Shown piece after piece: positions 63,035 through 64,000 of a stretch of DNA of 64,000 nucleotides. The stretch covers positions 448,001-512,000 of the forward strand of contig OZ244732.1 of assembly GCA_965219345.1 (NCBI GenBank), written 5' to 3'. Position 1 is the first letter of the stretch. Every line of letters begins with the position of its first letter. A program made the position numbers and the translations under genes. Source of the stretch: Nitrosopumilus sp. (GTDB lineage Archaea > Thermoproteota > Nitrososphaeria > Nitrososphaerales > Nitrosopumilaceae). The notes below the pieces were generated by a model that had not been told where the DNA came from, ran no database searches, and worked only from the letters and a program-made list of their open reading frames with translations.

Positions 63035-63665
63035 AAAAGGTCAATCAATTGAAGATGCAAGTATGCAAATGATTGAAGATGAAATCGGCACACATCAATA
63101 TAATGAAAAACAATGGCCTATTGTTAGAAGAGTTATTCATTCTACAGCAGATTTTGATTTTGCAGGTAAAAATAAGATAATTTTTCACAAAGATGCTATT
63201 GAGAGTAGCATGAATGCTTTAAGAAATGGTTGTAGTATTGTGGTTGATGTTAATGGAGTGATTGGTGGTTTGAATAAACAAAATCCTAAGGATTTTGGAA
63301 ATAACATAGTTTGTAATATTTCAAATCCAGAAATTATGGAATTGGCAAAAAAGGAAGGAAAAACACGCTCTCAAGTCTCTATGAGAGCGGCCGTGTCTGA
63401 CATTAATGGAGGAGTTGTAGTCATTGGAAATGCGCCTACTGCACTTCTGGAAGTAATTCGGATGATAAAAGAAGGCACTGTCAAGCCTGCGCTAATTATT
63501 GGAATCCCAGTAGGATTCATCTCTGCTGCAGAATCAAAAGATGAATTATCTAAGTTGGAGGAGGTGCCATTTATCACTAACATAGGTAGAAAGGGAGGTA
63601 GTTCATCGGCATCTGCAATAATTAATGCAATCTTCAAATTAATTAGAGCAGAATCATCTTCTTGA
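63024..63665 (+). CDS. cbiC: Precorrin-8X methylmutase
   Basis: RVIHSTADF, IGNAPTAL, PVGF, GRKGGS. Confidence 0.96.
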   Translation: MQTEKGQSIEDASMQMIEDEIGTHQYNEKQWPIVRRVIHSTADFDFAGKNKIIFHKDAIESSMNALRNGCSIVVDVNGVIGGLNKQNPKDFGNNIVCNISNPEIMELAKKEGKTRSQVSMRAAVSDINGGVVVIGNAPTALLEVIRMIKEGTVKPALIIGIPVGFISAAESKDELSKLEEVPFITNIGRKGGSSSASAIINAIFKLIRAESSS

Positions 63666-64000
63666 ATATTTTAGGCAATTTTTAACAAAAATTTGGGCAT
63701 AGTTTGAGCTATCAAAATAGAGATGACCATACGAAGCAAGTGTATTATATTGCATCATTCCATCCTGATGGTTTTTGATGCCTTCACCAATTTTCAAGTC
63801 ATAAGCAAATTTAGAATCAGAAGAGACTGAATCTAACTGTGAATAATGAAATTCATGACCTTGAATATTATGTAATTTTTCTGATATGATAGTTTTGGCA
63901 GTAATCTTACCTTTTGTATAATTAAGTCTCATTTTCTTTGTCATTTTAGTTTCAGCATCAAATAGACCAACCATTTTGTGTTTTTTGTTATGATTAACAA
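63654..64000 (-). CDS. cbiA: Cobyrinate a,c-diamide synthase, C-terminal part
   Basis: MVG, GHEFHYS, ASYGHLYF; gene extends beyond the window. Confidence 0.9.
   Translation of the reverse strand, partial: VNHNKKHKMVGLFDAETKMTKKMRLNYTKGKITAKTIISEKLHNIQGHEFHYSQLDSVSSDSKFAYDLKIGEGIKNHQDGMMQYNTLASYGHLYFDSSNYAQIFVKNCLKYSRR

Overview
Genomic DNA of an AT-rich ammonia-oxidising archaeon (Nitrosopumilaceae-like Thaumarchaeota, inferred from gatDE, pelota, Cdc48, a CFI-box-CTERM remnant, archaeal SRP RNA and cobalamin genes; the IS load, pseudogenes and repeat-rich surface proteins suggest a host-associated lineage). Core genes occupy 1-2233, 30684-35658 and 40245-64000. A ~28 kb accessory/defence island (~2240-30650) carries a KAP-like NTPase, a TIR protein, an EEP nuclease, a RelBE-like pair, AbiE-like genes, a DUF4143 ATPase, IS5/IS481/IS630/IS6 elements, internal duplications and a dispersed ~72-bp imperfect palindrome. 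A smaller insert (~35700-40150) holds a decayed IS110 and a beta-propeller surface protein. The most notable locus is a DUF3800-like (RNase H-fold) gene, split in frame by IS630, facing a convergent array of three predicted ~70-nt structured RNAs. These RNAs share a constant core and have co-varying closing stems. Each has a TATA-like box and a T-tract, and TCTGR-N8-CCA palindromes precede units 2 and 3 and occur as a triplet upstream of unit 1. A second, decayed DUF3800 gene in the same island also faces a convergent structured RNA. All family calls are from motif recognition by eye; no searches were run.
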